From assembly GCA_965644295.1 (NCBI GenBank), contig CBFFRP010000150.1:310001-374000 (forward strand): a stretch of DNA of 64,000 nt. Direction: 5' to 3'. Made by a program: the position numbers and the translations under genes. Below the pieces are notes generated by a model. It ran no database searches and was not told where the DNA came from. It saw only the letters and a program-made list of their open reading frames with translations. Numbering within the stretch: the stretch's first letter is position 1; every line of letters begins with the position of its first letter. This document shows, piece by piece, positions 1 to 11,427 of the stretch. Origin of the DNA: Paraphysomonas bandaiensis (Eukaryota; Protista; Chrysophyceae).

Positions 1-2853
1 GACTGGGCTGGATGGTCATTACAACCTCACCATCGTCATCATCCTCTTCCCCTTCAACCGCGACCTCTTCTACGAATGTCACCACAAAGTCCGAAAATGG
101 CTTCATCAGTCCATACTTACGACCTAGAGAAGGGTCGGGCCTTGCCTCATCCTCATCATACGAGTCTTCCTCATCTTCAGTAGGCTCGGCATCTTGATCA
201 ACATAAAACGTTTCAGCATAAAACTTGTGCTCCTTTTCAATAGGATCTGGAGTGGTAGGTACATTTCTAGACTCTTTGTCGGCATCTTCTGGGTCTACAT
301 TCTCAGCAGGTGCACTTTCTCCATTATCGTCACCCGTGTCGGCGGCGTGCTCCTCGTCGTCAGCATTGTCTTCTTTGGTCTCAACAGCGGGTTCTGGTTT
401 GGGATGCTCGAGATATTTCTTATTGAGTCGTTTATTCTGCTCATGTAATCTGGTTTGTTCATCAAGAATTCTATGTGGTGTAATCGGTTCCATTTCAAAC
501 ATTTCACAAAGAACACCCATATGGTCTACATAGTCGTCAGCGAGGCTAATCGGATGTTTATCTGCCAGAAAACATGCCTCTCCATGGTATACGCGATAGC
601 TTTCCAGAATTTCAGCTAGTTTGGCCAGCACCAAGTCAAAATTCTTTTGAAGGTCAGCCATATCGGCACTGCGACGAAGGGCTCGACAAGCCTCTTCAAA
701 CTCTGCCTCTCGGTCTTCCTTCGCTAGACGGTTCTCCTCCTTGAAGTCCCAGAGCGCATCAAGAGATTGCTCGTCTAAGTCGTTTTGATGCTTCTTGTGA
801 TCTTCCACGATTTTAGCAATTTTTATGTAGAAGGCAGTAATCTTATTCGAACTAAAAGACAGTGACCCCGTTTGTAGCTCAAGAAATGTGGCTATTGCAT
901 CAATGAGGCGCTTGTAGCGAGAATCCAACCTATCTAATTCGTAGTCACATTCATCACGAATCACCACGTCAACGTAATCATTGCACGTACGCTGCTGTCG
1001 GACAGCATCAAGGCAACGACAACACTCCTGATATATACAAACATTACCCAGTCTAATATGATATATATATACCGGTTTACCTCTTTGTAATTGTCTGGTA
1101 TGTCTGATCCATAGTACAACATACCAAGTACTTTTGACCATTGCTTAACAAGGAGAGGGTCTGCACATGAATTTTTCTCCATTGCATCTGCTGTTGCCTG
1201 TCGCATCGATCTGGCGGTGCGCCTTGTAGACTTGGCAGTCGATATATCGGCCGGCGACTTTGTACCTAAACCTGTCTCATCATACTCCGCAAGTCGCTGT
1301 AACTCTTTTTCTATTCCCTCCGCGCAGATAGATAGATTGTTCTGAAAAACATAGGGCATCTTCTCAAAGCTACTCATTTCTTTCAAATCAGGTAGAAGGC
1401 TGGCAAGGATGCCCGCAACGTCAGCACGAGGCACAGTCTTGACTTTAGTGAGTAAAGCTCGCACGTTGTCCAGGCGAGGTAGGCGCCCGCGCTCATTTAG
1501 AACTTCCTTTAGAGTAAACCCACACACAACCACCTCCAGACGACTCTGGACACTTGCTACGAGATTCTCGTATACGATATTATCCGAACAAATATCGCTT
1601 GCAATTGAAGCGATTTCGGCCTTAAGCCCCCCTCCAAGACGCCACAGTTCGCTCAGCTCTGGATCTCCTACAGCAGTACGTAGGTTGGCGGCAATTTCAT
1701 GTAATGGTGGTTCGTCGTGTAAAGCTCCATATACGTGCAACTCCTTTCGTAGTTCTTCCATACGAGTCTCAGCAATGCCTCTGAGGTTTGCTCGTAGCTG
1801 AGACAATCCGTTGTAACATTCTTGTGTGGCATTGAGTTCCTCCTCATTGAGAGCAACAAGAGCCTGTTGAACCCGTGCCACTTCTTCGCTCTTGATCGTG
1901 TCCGCATTTAGAGCTGCCAAATCCTCCAGGGCCTTTTCCCGACATGCGTGACGCTCTAATTGATATTGCCGAACTTTGGACATAAATTGCTGTCTATCAG
2001 ACGGCTCTGTGTAATCTTTACTCTGAATATCATAATGAAAGATACGTATCGCCTTCTGGTGACGTAGAAGACGCCATTGCTTTTTGGCTACTTCCCATTT
2101 GTGAAGAGTGCACACTTCAACCTCCACTTGTTTCGTACGCATTACCCCTAGCAGTTCTGCATGGGATTTACGGTTTGTCGTAAGAACAGTGTTGAGATCA
2201 AACGCCTCGGCCTCTACTATGTGCTCAATATCATCCGGAAGTTTATGAGCGATGGCTATCAAGTTATCTACCAACAATTTTATCTCGGTTCCTACTCTAT
2301 CAGCACGGCCACACTCTAGACTCTCTAATGTTGAGCCGAACGACTCGATTGTAGATGATCGTTTCGAGATAACACTTTTGAGGTTATCTAGTGCAGTATC
2401 TAAATCTTCACTCGATTGTTCTACTAAATGATCGTCCTGGGCCAACAAATCACACGCAGCTTTCAGCTCATCGTCGATTTTCTCCAAATCCTCACGAACC
2501 GCTCTAGATGATTTTAATACCTCCACTTCAATATTTTCGGCAACATCTTCAAGGGTTTTAGCGAATGTATCCAGTGCTTTAATATGGCGGTCCTTTTTGG
2601 CAATCTTCTGCTTCTCAATACCTTGAAAGGTTCGAGTCTTATCGAACATCGGTACCTCCAAATTAAGAACAGTGCGAACCTCATCCTCACCATCAGTGAT
2701 TGGAGGTTGAGGAGGACGTACTGTTGATTTCTTTGAGTCAGGAGAATTCCCTTTATTCAATGTAGGTGATTTGGCGTAAAGGGCATTCTTTTGAGTGCGA
2801 GCTATTTCTAACTTTTCAACTAAAGCAGATTCAGCCTTAGCGATTCCACTCAT
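1..2853 (-). CDS. CCDC180: Coiled-coil domain-containing protein 180-like (DUF4455; flagellar CFAP76 family), 3' end runs off the window
   Basis: The 630-aa ORF contains the DUF4455-like segment ERADRVGTEIKLLVDNLIAIAHKLPDDIEHIVEAEA...NRKSHAEL. Removing a GT-AG intron at 1028-1080 restores the frame (YKE|ECCRCLDAVRQQ...RRSADMADLQKNF...YHGEACFLADKHP), which continues toward position 1. Confidence 0.75.
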
Positions 2854-3638
2854 CTTCCCGCCGTAATGGCACCTACACTGAAGTTAATGAATCCTGATAT
2901 AAGGGTATGGTAAATAACAACAGCAAGATGTAGGGAAGTGTTATAGTGAGTATATCTCGATATATATTAAAGTCTATGTGTACATGCCTGCATCAGTGCA
3001 GTGCAGTGCAGTGCTTGTATATATACGCACATACATACATATATATACACATACAGTTATGGCAGTTTCAAAAACCAGACTACATCAACTGTATATTACT
3101 GTATACAAGTGTATTGATATACTGTACAGTTGTATTCTGCATAGAAAAATTATTTAGCCCGCACCGCAGGTGCGGGATCCCGCACCCTTGTTTTTACACA
3201 AAGGCCGCACAGCAAGTGCGCCCATCGAGTGATCCAATCAGCAGAGTGCATCATAGCATAGTGCATCATATCACATGCATCGAGTATATGTATATAGTAA
3301 TATGACGAGGCAGCCATATGCAGCAGATACACGTTAATGAGTGCTTGAATGATAGGTGATAACATGTTGCTACCATCTTATTTCATGAAACTGTGAGATG
3401 AGATATGCAGTTACTGGACGAGGTTTATAAGGCTGTATGGAGAGGAACTGTGAAGGGCTGTATATTATGGTATGAAGTGATTTGATATGGATATCAATGA
3501 TTGAATTCCAGGTGGGAGCATCATGCTCCCATCATCCTATTTAAAGTGTCAGGTATGTAGAGAGATGAGAAGTGGTACATTTGAAGGAATAGAAGGCTGT
3601 ATATCATGCATGCACTATGTTGTGTGATGGTATATGAT

Positions 3639-4572
3639 ATGCTGAATGTTGTCATGGTTTATTATGCTGTTGTAGGCGCAATGACGTTTATACTTACCGG
3701 TGCAAGAGGGATGCCTAAGCGACACAAGCGCCCGGCTGCCCCTGTACCATCTTGCAGTGAATATGTGTCATGTTGTGTAAGGGTATGCAGTATGGCTGTA
3801 TGTGATAAGAATTCTGAACGGTGTGGAATAATAAAATGCTGAAGGCTGTGATGGTTTATTATGCTGTTGTAGGCGCAATGACGTTTATACTTACCGGTGC
3901 AAGAGGGATGCCTAAGCGACACAAGCGCCCGGCTGCCCCTGTTCCATCTTGCAGTGAATATGTGTCATGTTGTGTAAGGGTATGCAGTATGGCTGTATGT
4001 GATAAGAATTCTGAACGGTGTGGAATAATAAAATGCTGAACGCTGTGATGGTTGATTATACTGTTGTATGCTCTGTAAATAATGATACGATGTATTCCAA
4101 TTACTAATGAATCATTAATTATAAGGGTACAGTATAAAAAGTTGATGGAGTGGTTATAAATGAATACATATAGGCATTCTACAGATTACTAACATCAGAC
4201 TGTGTCGAATAATAAAATGCTGCACGCTGTAATGGTTGATTATACTGTTGTATGCTCTGTAAATAATGATACGATGTATTCCAATTACTAATGAATCATT
4301 AATTATAAGGGTACATTATAAAAAGTTGATGGAGTGGTTATAAATGAATACATATAGGCATTCTACAGATTACTAACATCAGACTGTGTCGAATAATAAA
4401 ATGCTGAACGCTGTAATGGTTGATTATACTGTTGTATGCTCTGTAAATAATGATACGATGTATTCCAATTACTAATGAATCATTAATTATAAGGGTACAT
4501 TATAAAAAGTTGATGGAGTGGTTATAAATGAATACATATATTGGCATTCTACAGATTACTAACATCAGACTG
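3639..4572. repeat. Composite tandem array: 2 x 197-bp units plus ~3 x 184-bp units sharing a ~46-nt head
   Basis: The head GAATAATAAAATGCTGMASGCTGTRATGGTTKATTATRCTGTTGTA occurs at 3826, 4023, 4207 and 4391, with a partial copy at ~3639. Spacings are 197, 197, 184 and 184. Unit bodies are near-identical within each class. Confidence 0.95.
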
Positions 4573-4649
4573 AAGTTTCCTTTTCTTTGTCCTTGGAATA
4601 ATGTTACCATCACTGTCCCTTCGTGCACTCATTGCATCATATATACTGT

Positions 4650-6843
4650 TTATGTATTTCTTAGAGGCTTTTTTTTGGGGTGAAACTTGTCGTAATTTTC
4701 CTGACCAAATAAATCAACAATAACACGCAATTCAACCTTTTCAGCTATGCATTTTAAATTACTCTTCCATTCTCTGTACGAAGTAGACTGACTTGCCATA
4801 CAGGGTTTCGGCTCATCAAGAAAACGTTTCTCGTCATCGTACAATAGGCCGAGTCCTTTAGTCAATACTCGATTTAGTTTTTTCTGTTTGTTGACGTTGT
4901 CTACCATAGGGTATCTCTTTCCTACAATTTCATGTAATTCATAATCAAAATAGTCAATAATAACTGTTGATAAGCATAATTTTTCGAGAGTTTTATATTG
5001 AATGAAGGATATATGGGGCATGCGCTGCATGTTAACTCTCATGTATTGAAAAACATTTGTCGTAGTAGTGGATGGACCTTTGGAAGGTCCTTCAGTAATC
5101 GGAGGCAAGACTGTAGGCGATGTAGGTATCCGTGATACAGTCTCTGAAGTTGGTATAGTGGTATCCGTTGGAATATTTTTCAAGCCTTCTAGAATATCAG
5201 CCACAGCAGTGTCTAATTTCTTGTGCAGATCAGCTATTGCAATAGTTTGGGTGTCACACTTTCTATGAAGCTGTTGTATTTGGTCTCGAAGAATGCGATT
5301 CTCCTGGTAAATTTCGTCTACATTTCTTGTGTCTACAAAATTAAGGCGAAGCCATTCCTCCTCAATCGCAGCACTCCATTGCATTATGTCATTCCAAGTG
5401 AAATGGTGGCGCATCATGTTGTGCTTGAATTTACAAACCACTGCATGTTGTGCCGTGTATTTAGAAACAAATGATGGTAACCTCATAAGGAATGTAGCAA
5501 ACACAGAGAGTTTAAATTGAAATAGACAGCCATCAACCCCAAATTCTGGGTAAGTGAGTGGATAACATGTTTCGATTAACGCCATCACTTGTTCTCGGTT
5601 TCCATTGTTGATAAATACACACTCGGGTGGATATATCTTATTCCTGGGATTAGAGTAGCCACTTAAAATTTTTCCACCCACAGCAATAGTGACATCTAGT
5701 CCCATGATATACTCAAAAATGCTGCACTCTCCGGAGAAGTCCCATCCTCCACGCATAATCGCATGGAAGATGCCGCCTGACTGACTACTGGCTATGTCAG
5801 TTGCAGCCCCGACTCTAAGACCCTTGCCTGTTGTTTCCTTTGTAACTCCAGGTACCTTCCCGATCATTTGTTTTAGTAGCTTAGAAACAAATTGACTAGC
5901 GCTTGATGTAGTCAATGCTAGATCTGGAAAGACGAAGTCACCGTTGAGATCTGCTGCAGTACAGGACATCCAGTACATTGAATAAGCGAAGAAAACACAA
6001 GTCTCTAGACAAGAGTAGTCGGGAAAAAAGTTCATTGTTTTGATAGAAGCCACCTTCAATTCTGTCCAATCAAACGTTAAGTATCCATCGCAGTGCCACA
6101 TTGCATTATTATACGAAGCAAACATTGCTTCAGACACCCGACCAACAGCAGCAAACGTGAAAACCAAATAGAGATTGTACAATGAATACTTCTTCACTTC
6201 TAAATAAAGTTTATTAGCATACAGTAAATCATAGATATGTGAAGTATGTCCACTTACCGGAGAAATCAGATGCCCGATGTATAATGTATTCACCTATGCG
6301 CTTCATTAGTTCTTTCCCCACTGGACTTGTTTTCTCTGATATACGCACTCCTTGTGCGATACACCGCTTGATAATATGCTTTGATACTGCCGCTCTCACA
6401 TCTTTGTACCACAGCTCATTGGAGCTGCTTAATAACTCATTTCTTTTAAATCGCTTCGTCAGCGCAGTCTTCGTGTCTGACAAATACTGCCAAGCAGTAC
6501 CTAGGGTCAAAGGCTTCTTCGTTGTTCCATGGACGGCGTGATCGATCAAAAAGCCACCGAAACATTGAAATAGTTCTACATTTATATCACTGTCTATGAG
6601 TTCCTTATACCTCTTCTTCCCGTCGAACCGCATCTCCAAGTACTTCGCAAACTGAGCTAACGCAGAGGAGTTACGATTTTTGGTTTCCCCATCACCGACT
6701 TTTCTAATGCCCCCTGTGGTAGTTGATTCCGTGGTAGTTGATTCCGTGGTAGTTGATTCCGTGGTAGTTGATTCCGTGGTAGTTGATTCCATGCTACTAT
6801 GATATGTTCTCGCTGTTATTATGTTCTGTATGTATGATACCAT
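4650..6843 (-). CDS. Tyrosine recombinase (Crypton-like), two exons
   Basis: ORFs 6229-6873 and 4650-6293 join in frame via intron 6200-6257 (GTAAGT...GCTAAT...TTTAG; SDFS-E-VKKY). Catalytic motifs occur in order: AVGRVSE (R), TGKGLRVGAA (HxxR position), RGGW (H/W), SIFEY (Tyr nucleophile). A coiled coil follows. The start ATG is 6843 or 6792. Confidence 0.85.
6716..6790 (-). repeat. Coding minisatellite, 5 x 15 bp encoding (ESTTT)5 at the recombinase N-terminus
   Basis: GTGGTAGTTGATTCC is repeated five times perfectly. Confidence 0.95.
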
Positions 6844-7359
6844 GCTGTGATGAGAGAGCTCCTCCTTCAACACCCACCTCCCTGGATCTATTACTCACCA
6901 GCAACACCATACATACCACTGGTCACTCATCATCACCACTTATATAGTTCCACACCATTATGGTGCGGGCTTGAGTACGGTACCTTCCACATTTTACAGA
7001 AAATACGGTTGATTGGAATGCTGTACTTGAATGGAATATGTACTTGAATAGTTAAGTTATATGCAGCAGTACATGATACCTCAGTCAGTGTTCCCCACTA
7101 TGACGTAGGAGTTCGCAGGACAATACACTGGTATCCCACACACTGCCTATTGGAGTGTTCTATGGCATAGTTCTATAGGCATATTGCTGTGTATATACAT
7201 GTGCTATAGATATTCCGCACATTGACATACAAGCCAACGGGCACATATACACACATATACATACATACACAGAGGACAGAAGAGGTAAGACAATATAACA
7301 CAAGAGTCTCTCATATCAATCCATCATATAGTGAACACATCATTCCATACATATCAATC

Positions 7360-8839
7360 ATGTTATTAGCACGATTTGCTGCATTAGAACAAGAAGCTAA
7401 AGAAGAGATTGAAAAGAAAAAACAAGAACAACAATCTTCAGTATCGTCTACAGATAAATCAGATGATGTGAAGTGGTTATCGAAAGAAGATCATACTAAA
7501 GTATCACCATCTAAATTAATTCGTTTACGTACAACTGCTATTAAGAAAGTTGATAAATCAGATTTAATTTGGGCGATTTGTTCGAATCTTAAAGGCGGCA
7601 AGAGTTATGTGTTCGGTATGTGATGTTTTATATTATGTATATATATTTGATCACCCAGAGCTAATACGATATGTCTACTACTTTGTTTTAGCGCGGAAAT
7701 GTGAACATCATGAAGCTGCGACTGATCCCAACATTGAGTGGCCTATTCCCGTTGACCTCACGCTAGTTGAATATATTACAATGCCAAGGACGTTCCCTCA
7801 GTTTGCCGCACTTAGAGAAGACGAATTTTTTCCTTTCAATGCCTCGAAATTGGACAGTAGTGATCAGTGGGATCCGTACTGGTGCGACCATATGGTTGAT
7901 GTACTCAGGAGGCGATACACTAAGTCGGAGTCGGAGCGTATTTACAATCATTGCAAGGCCACTGCTGATGAATTTCTCAGGTATGACATTATAGCATAGT
8001 CACATGATGCAAAGGGTCTGTACGTGCAATGCACACGCGCTTGGTTATGGTCCTTGTATCTCTCTAGGTTGGCGCTGGCGAAGGAGCGAGAGGAAAAGGA
8101 GGCTGCATTGGAGACAGTAGATATGACGACCGTGCCCAATGAAACTGAGTTACAGGATGGCACTGTAGATATTACTCAATTTGCACTGGCTTCATCTAAT
8201 CACGGCTGTCAAGTACTCAAGCCAGGTGATTGGCTGGGGTACGAAGACAAGGTAAGCTCTTCCGTCCAAGGATTATGACTTTTGTCCAATTTGTGTCGCG
8301 TCCATATGTTAGTCATCAACCTCGTTAGTGTGTTCTTTTTCTCCACTATCTATATACTATTCACGGGGTTGTACGTAGTTGTCAACAACTAGCAAGAAGA
8401 GTAGGATTGTTTGTGTAAATAAAGCATCAAAGACTCCTATCGAGCTGGAAAATGGAGACTTTCTTTATCGGGATGATCTTGTGCGGAAGCTTGAGACGGA
8501 TGACGAAGGTGTCGGGCAGGCCACGAAATATACTGTCACACAAGTTCTTAAGGAATTTGAGTTCCAGGATGGGCGAATTATCGCAGCACAGGTCTGTAGT
8601 AATCCTAATTCACTTAGATACACATTGCGCTTGCCTTGTTCCTGTTTGTGTAGCACTTGTTTACAATATAACACGTTGCTGTGATGCATTCTCGATGATG
8701 TGGCTTATGGTATTAATTTGAGCAGGGTGCTCAGCAGGAGATTGGCAGAAAAACGAGGAAACGTTTGGACAAAATTACTGACGAATGCGGCATAGCGTTG
8801 AATAGCCGGTCATATAAGAGATTGAGAAACAAGAAATAG
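7360..8839 (+). CDS. Five-exon hypothetical protein with a PWWP/Tudor-like segment
   Basis: GT-AG introns 7616-7691, 7981-8067, 8252-8378 and 8592-8725 join the ORF fragments in frame. The segment DLIWAIC...YVFARKC...LVEYIT...FFPF resembles a PWWP beta-barrel. The C-terminus is basic. Confidence 0.65.
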
Positions 8840-9204
8840 TCGATTCGTGTTTGAGTTACCCAGTACATGTAGATACGTAGATACTTACTTTGGCGTGCTA
8901 TTGAGTCGGCGTTTGGTTTGAATAATGCTCATCTTGCTGCTTACGATATTATGTTGCTATTCGATATGGTATAACGTTGTTTGAAATCTTTTTGTTATGT
9001 GTCTACGGAACGATTTGTACAACACTCAAAACTTATATTCTGAAAGTGTAGACGTTGCTAGCATTGGTATGTATGTATGGCATCCGTTCCCAATTCAGAT
9101 GTATTTACCGCACTATGAAATTTTTGTGTATTTGAAAAACTACTGCAAAGGGTATGGTGGTGCTTTAGAACGCACTAAAAGACTACGATAAGACACACAC
9201 TCAG

Positions 9205-9260
9205 CAGGGCTGCGTATCAATGTGTCAATTATTGAAATTGCAATAATTCAAATCCCTGAT
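9205..9260 (+). mobile_element. Solo hAT-like terminus (CAGGGCTGCGT...GTCAATTATT)
   Basis: A similar sequence occurs at 51760 and a degenerate one at ~47493. The CAGGG start matches the TSD-flanked hAT elements in this window. Confidence 0.4.
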
Positions 9261-9528
9261 TCAAACTGGGGCATCAAATTATAATTGATATAAAATACCA
9301 CCTTTTCGCGCTTAAAAGTTGTTAAAAACGGCATTTTTATTGTCACTCAGATATTAATTTTTAACAATATCTCAATAATCAATAAAATACCAGATATTAC
9401 ACAGCTTTTATCTGTTTCGACGCCCAAAAACTAAACAGTATGAGCATTCGCTTTATTATATACAAAGTAGGAACGCTACCGAGATATCACATGGAGAAAG
9501 TAACCATTCGAAAATCAGAAACATATAT

Positions 9529-11427
9529 CTATATAACAATTGATAACTTCTTAGGAGAAGATTTTTCATTATTTTCACCAGCATGGCTCTCCTTCTGCGT
9601 AGACTGCACGATTGGTTTCGGGTCACATGTGTCAAAATTTCGATTAGCAGCAGTAAGCCCATCGAACTCTTTCAGTCTCTTGTACTGACTACTCAAGCTG
9701 GTTGCTTTCTCTAAATTGCTTGAAAGTTTCTTAGCGTGTGCAGCAAAAAGCGCAGCCATGTGATCATCATTCGGATCTAACTCGGCAGGCTTCTTTGCGT
9801 TCTTATGGCTCTGCATGCTTGAAGCAGGCTGAGACACCCTGGTACGTATAGAGCCCTGTTGGGAAGACTGACATGAAGTTGTAGAAGCACCCCCTCGGAT
9901 CCTTTGCGCTCCCCAGTCCTTTTCTACCTTGGCCCCTCCTTCTGTTGCAGCAGTACCGGTCGGTATAACCGGTTTCAGTCGTACTCCTGCTCGCTGCAGG
10001 CGACCCGAGTAGTATTTGCCGGTCATAGTACTTCCGACACCGCGGCCAAGCAATCGTTGAGTTCCAGCGAGGGGCTGAAGACGGTAGGGAAGTGCATCTT
10101 CCCTGTTTTCTTCTACTTGTACAAGTTGTTTAGAACGTCGAGATGATTGCCCTATACTCGGAGCAGACTTTGAGCCCAGTAGATTAGCGGGCTTGAGTCT
10201 TCCTCTTGGACCTATCCCACTGGCACTCCGCAGGAGTTTACTATCTCTATCACTGTTGTTTCCAACTGAACTAGTAACATCGGACACTGTCCGGTCCACA
10301 CGCTGTAGGCCACTCAGTCTATCTCGAGTTACCTTGCGGGCTGGTTTCAATCCCTCTGCGCCAATACCAGTACGACGAACCGGGACCAATGCTCCACGTG
10401 TGTTGGACCCAGATACACCGGTAACAGTTGTACTGGTCTTCTTCTTCATACGGGATGTTTTGGTAATTGCTTTAGACTTCGCCTTGCTACTGCGCATAGA
10501 AGTATCGGTATCCGATTTCTTCGTTTTCTTTTTACGGGCAGGTTTACCAGTAGCTGTCTTTGACGCCACTTTTTTCACCCGACCCTCTGCCCTCCGCTCC
10601 GCACACTGCTCCGAAAATTTCTTTGTTGGTTTAGGAGGAGACAACGGTAGGGCATTGCGAATGAGTTCCTCTTGGTGGTCAGTCATATCTTCCTTCTCGA
10701 GGGCCTGGCGCAGGTGCTCTCGCGTGCGTGCCGAATACATACAGGTAGGTGAGTAGGCTTCTGTCGTACCTCTTTTTGGTGAACGTATAGGCGATTGAAC
10801 ATTAATTCGTACATCCATATAAGGGCGCTTGTCATTCTCCTGGCCAAGACCAGTAAGGAAGAAAGAATCAGGCTCTTCTTCACAGTCTTGTGGATTAGTT
10901 GACTTAGTCGAATTTTTCCTGGGCGAAGTGATGGGTGAAACTCTATCATCTGGTGATGACTTCTGTCGTATAGGAGAGTGCATCCTTTCTACTTTCCGCT
11001 GAAACTTTGGTTGCTTGGTTTTTACGCGGCGAACAGGAGGCTTATCTACCCGCTTATGTACATTCTTACTAACAGAAGACTCGTGGCGACCTTTCAGTGG
11101 ATCTGCCAATCGCTCCAGTGTTTTCTTCGCAAGTACTTTTGGTTTCGCCGGTTGACAATTATATCGTTGCATTATTACACCATAAGCAGCACTCTCTACA
11201 ACTTTGTTATGTTGATAGAAGGGGTCCTATATAGGGGCATGATATCACTATGATGTACTTTTCAATTAATAACAGCATACCTTCATTTTCTTTGCCTTCA
11301 CAAGAGCATCATTCTCCCTCTGTAAGTCATTCAACAAGCTTCCTAAATTTAATCCATCCCATAAATCGGATATATCTTCAGATATGGGTTGATCTGCAGC
11401 AGCTGATTTGTTCTCTACTTCCAACAT
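9529..11427 (-). CDS. Basic (K/R/S-rich), low-complexity hypothetical protein, two exons
   Basis: Exon 11281-11427 splices via GT-AG intron 11227-11280 to the 547-aa ORF (KKMK|DPFYQHNK...GVIMQRYN). Confidence 0.7.

Larger units (their letters stand above)
3057..6971 (-). mobile_element. Crypton-type (CryptonS-like) tyrosine-recombinase transposon; boundaries tentative
   Basis: Contains a YR gene with no RT or DDE domain. TTATGG occurs at 3057-3062 and 6958-6963, with TATGG also at 7161. AGCCCGCACC (3156) and GGTGCGGGCT (6962) are inverted copies flanking the gene. Confidence 0.6.

Noticed and set aside
3639-4572. CRISPR array
   Set aside because: The bodies are 138-151 nt and duplicated rather than unique, there are no cas genes, and the context is eukaryotic.
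6229-6293. Programmed frameshift between the two recombinase ORFs
   Set aside because: The overlap is fully explained by a canonical 58-nt GT-AG intron at 6200-6257.
10193-10756. Long antisense ORFs (also 15402-15980, 33227-33736, 34690-35175)
   Set aside because: These are shadows of real genes on the opposite strand, with no independent motifs.
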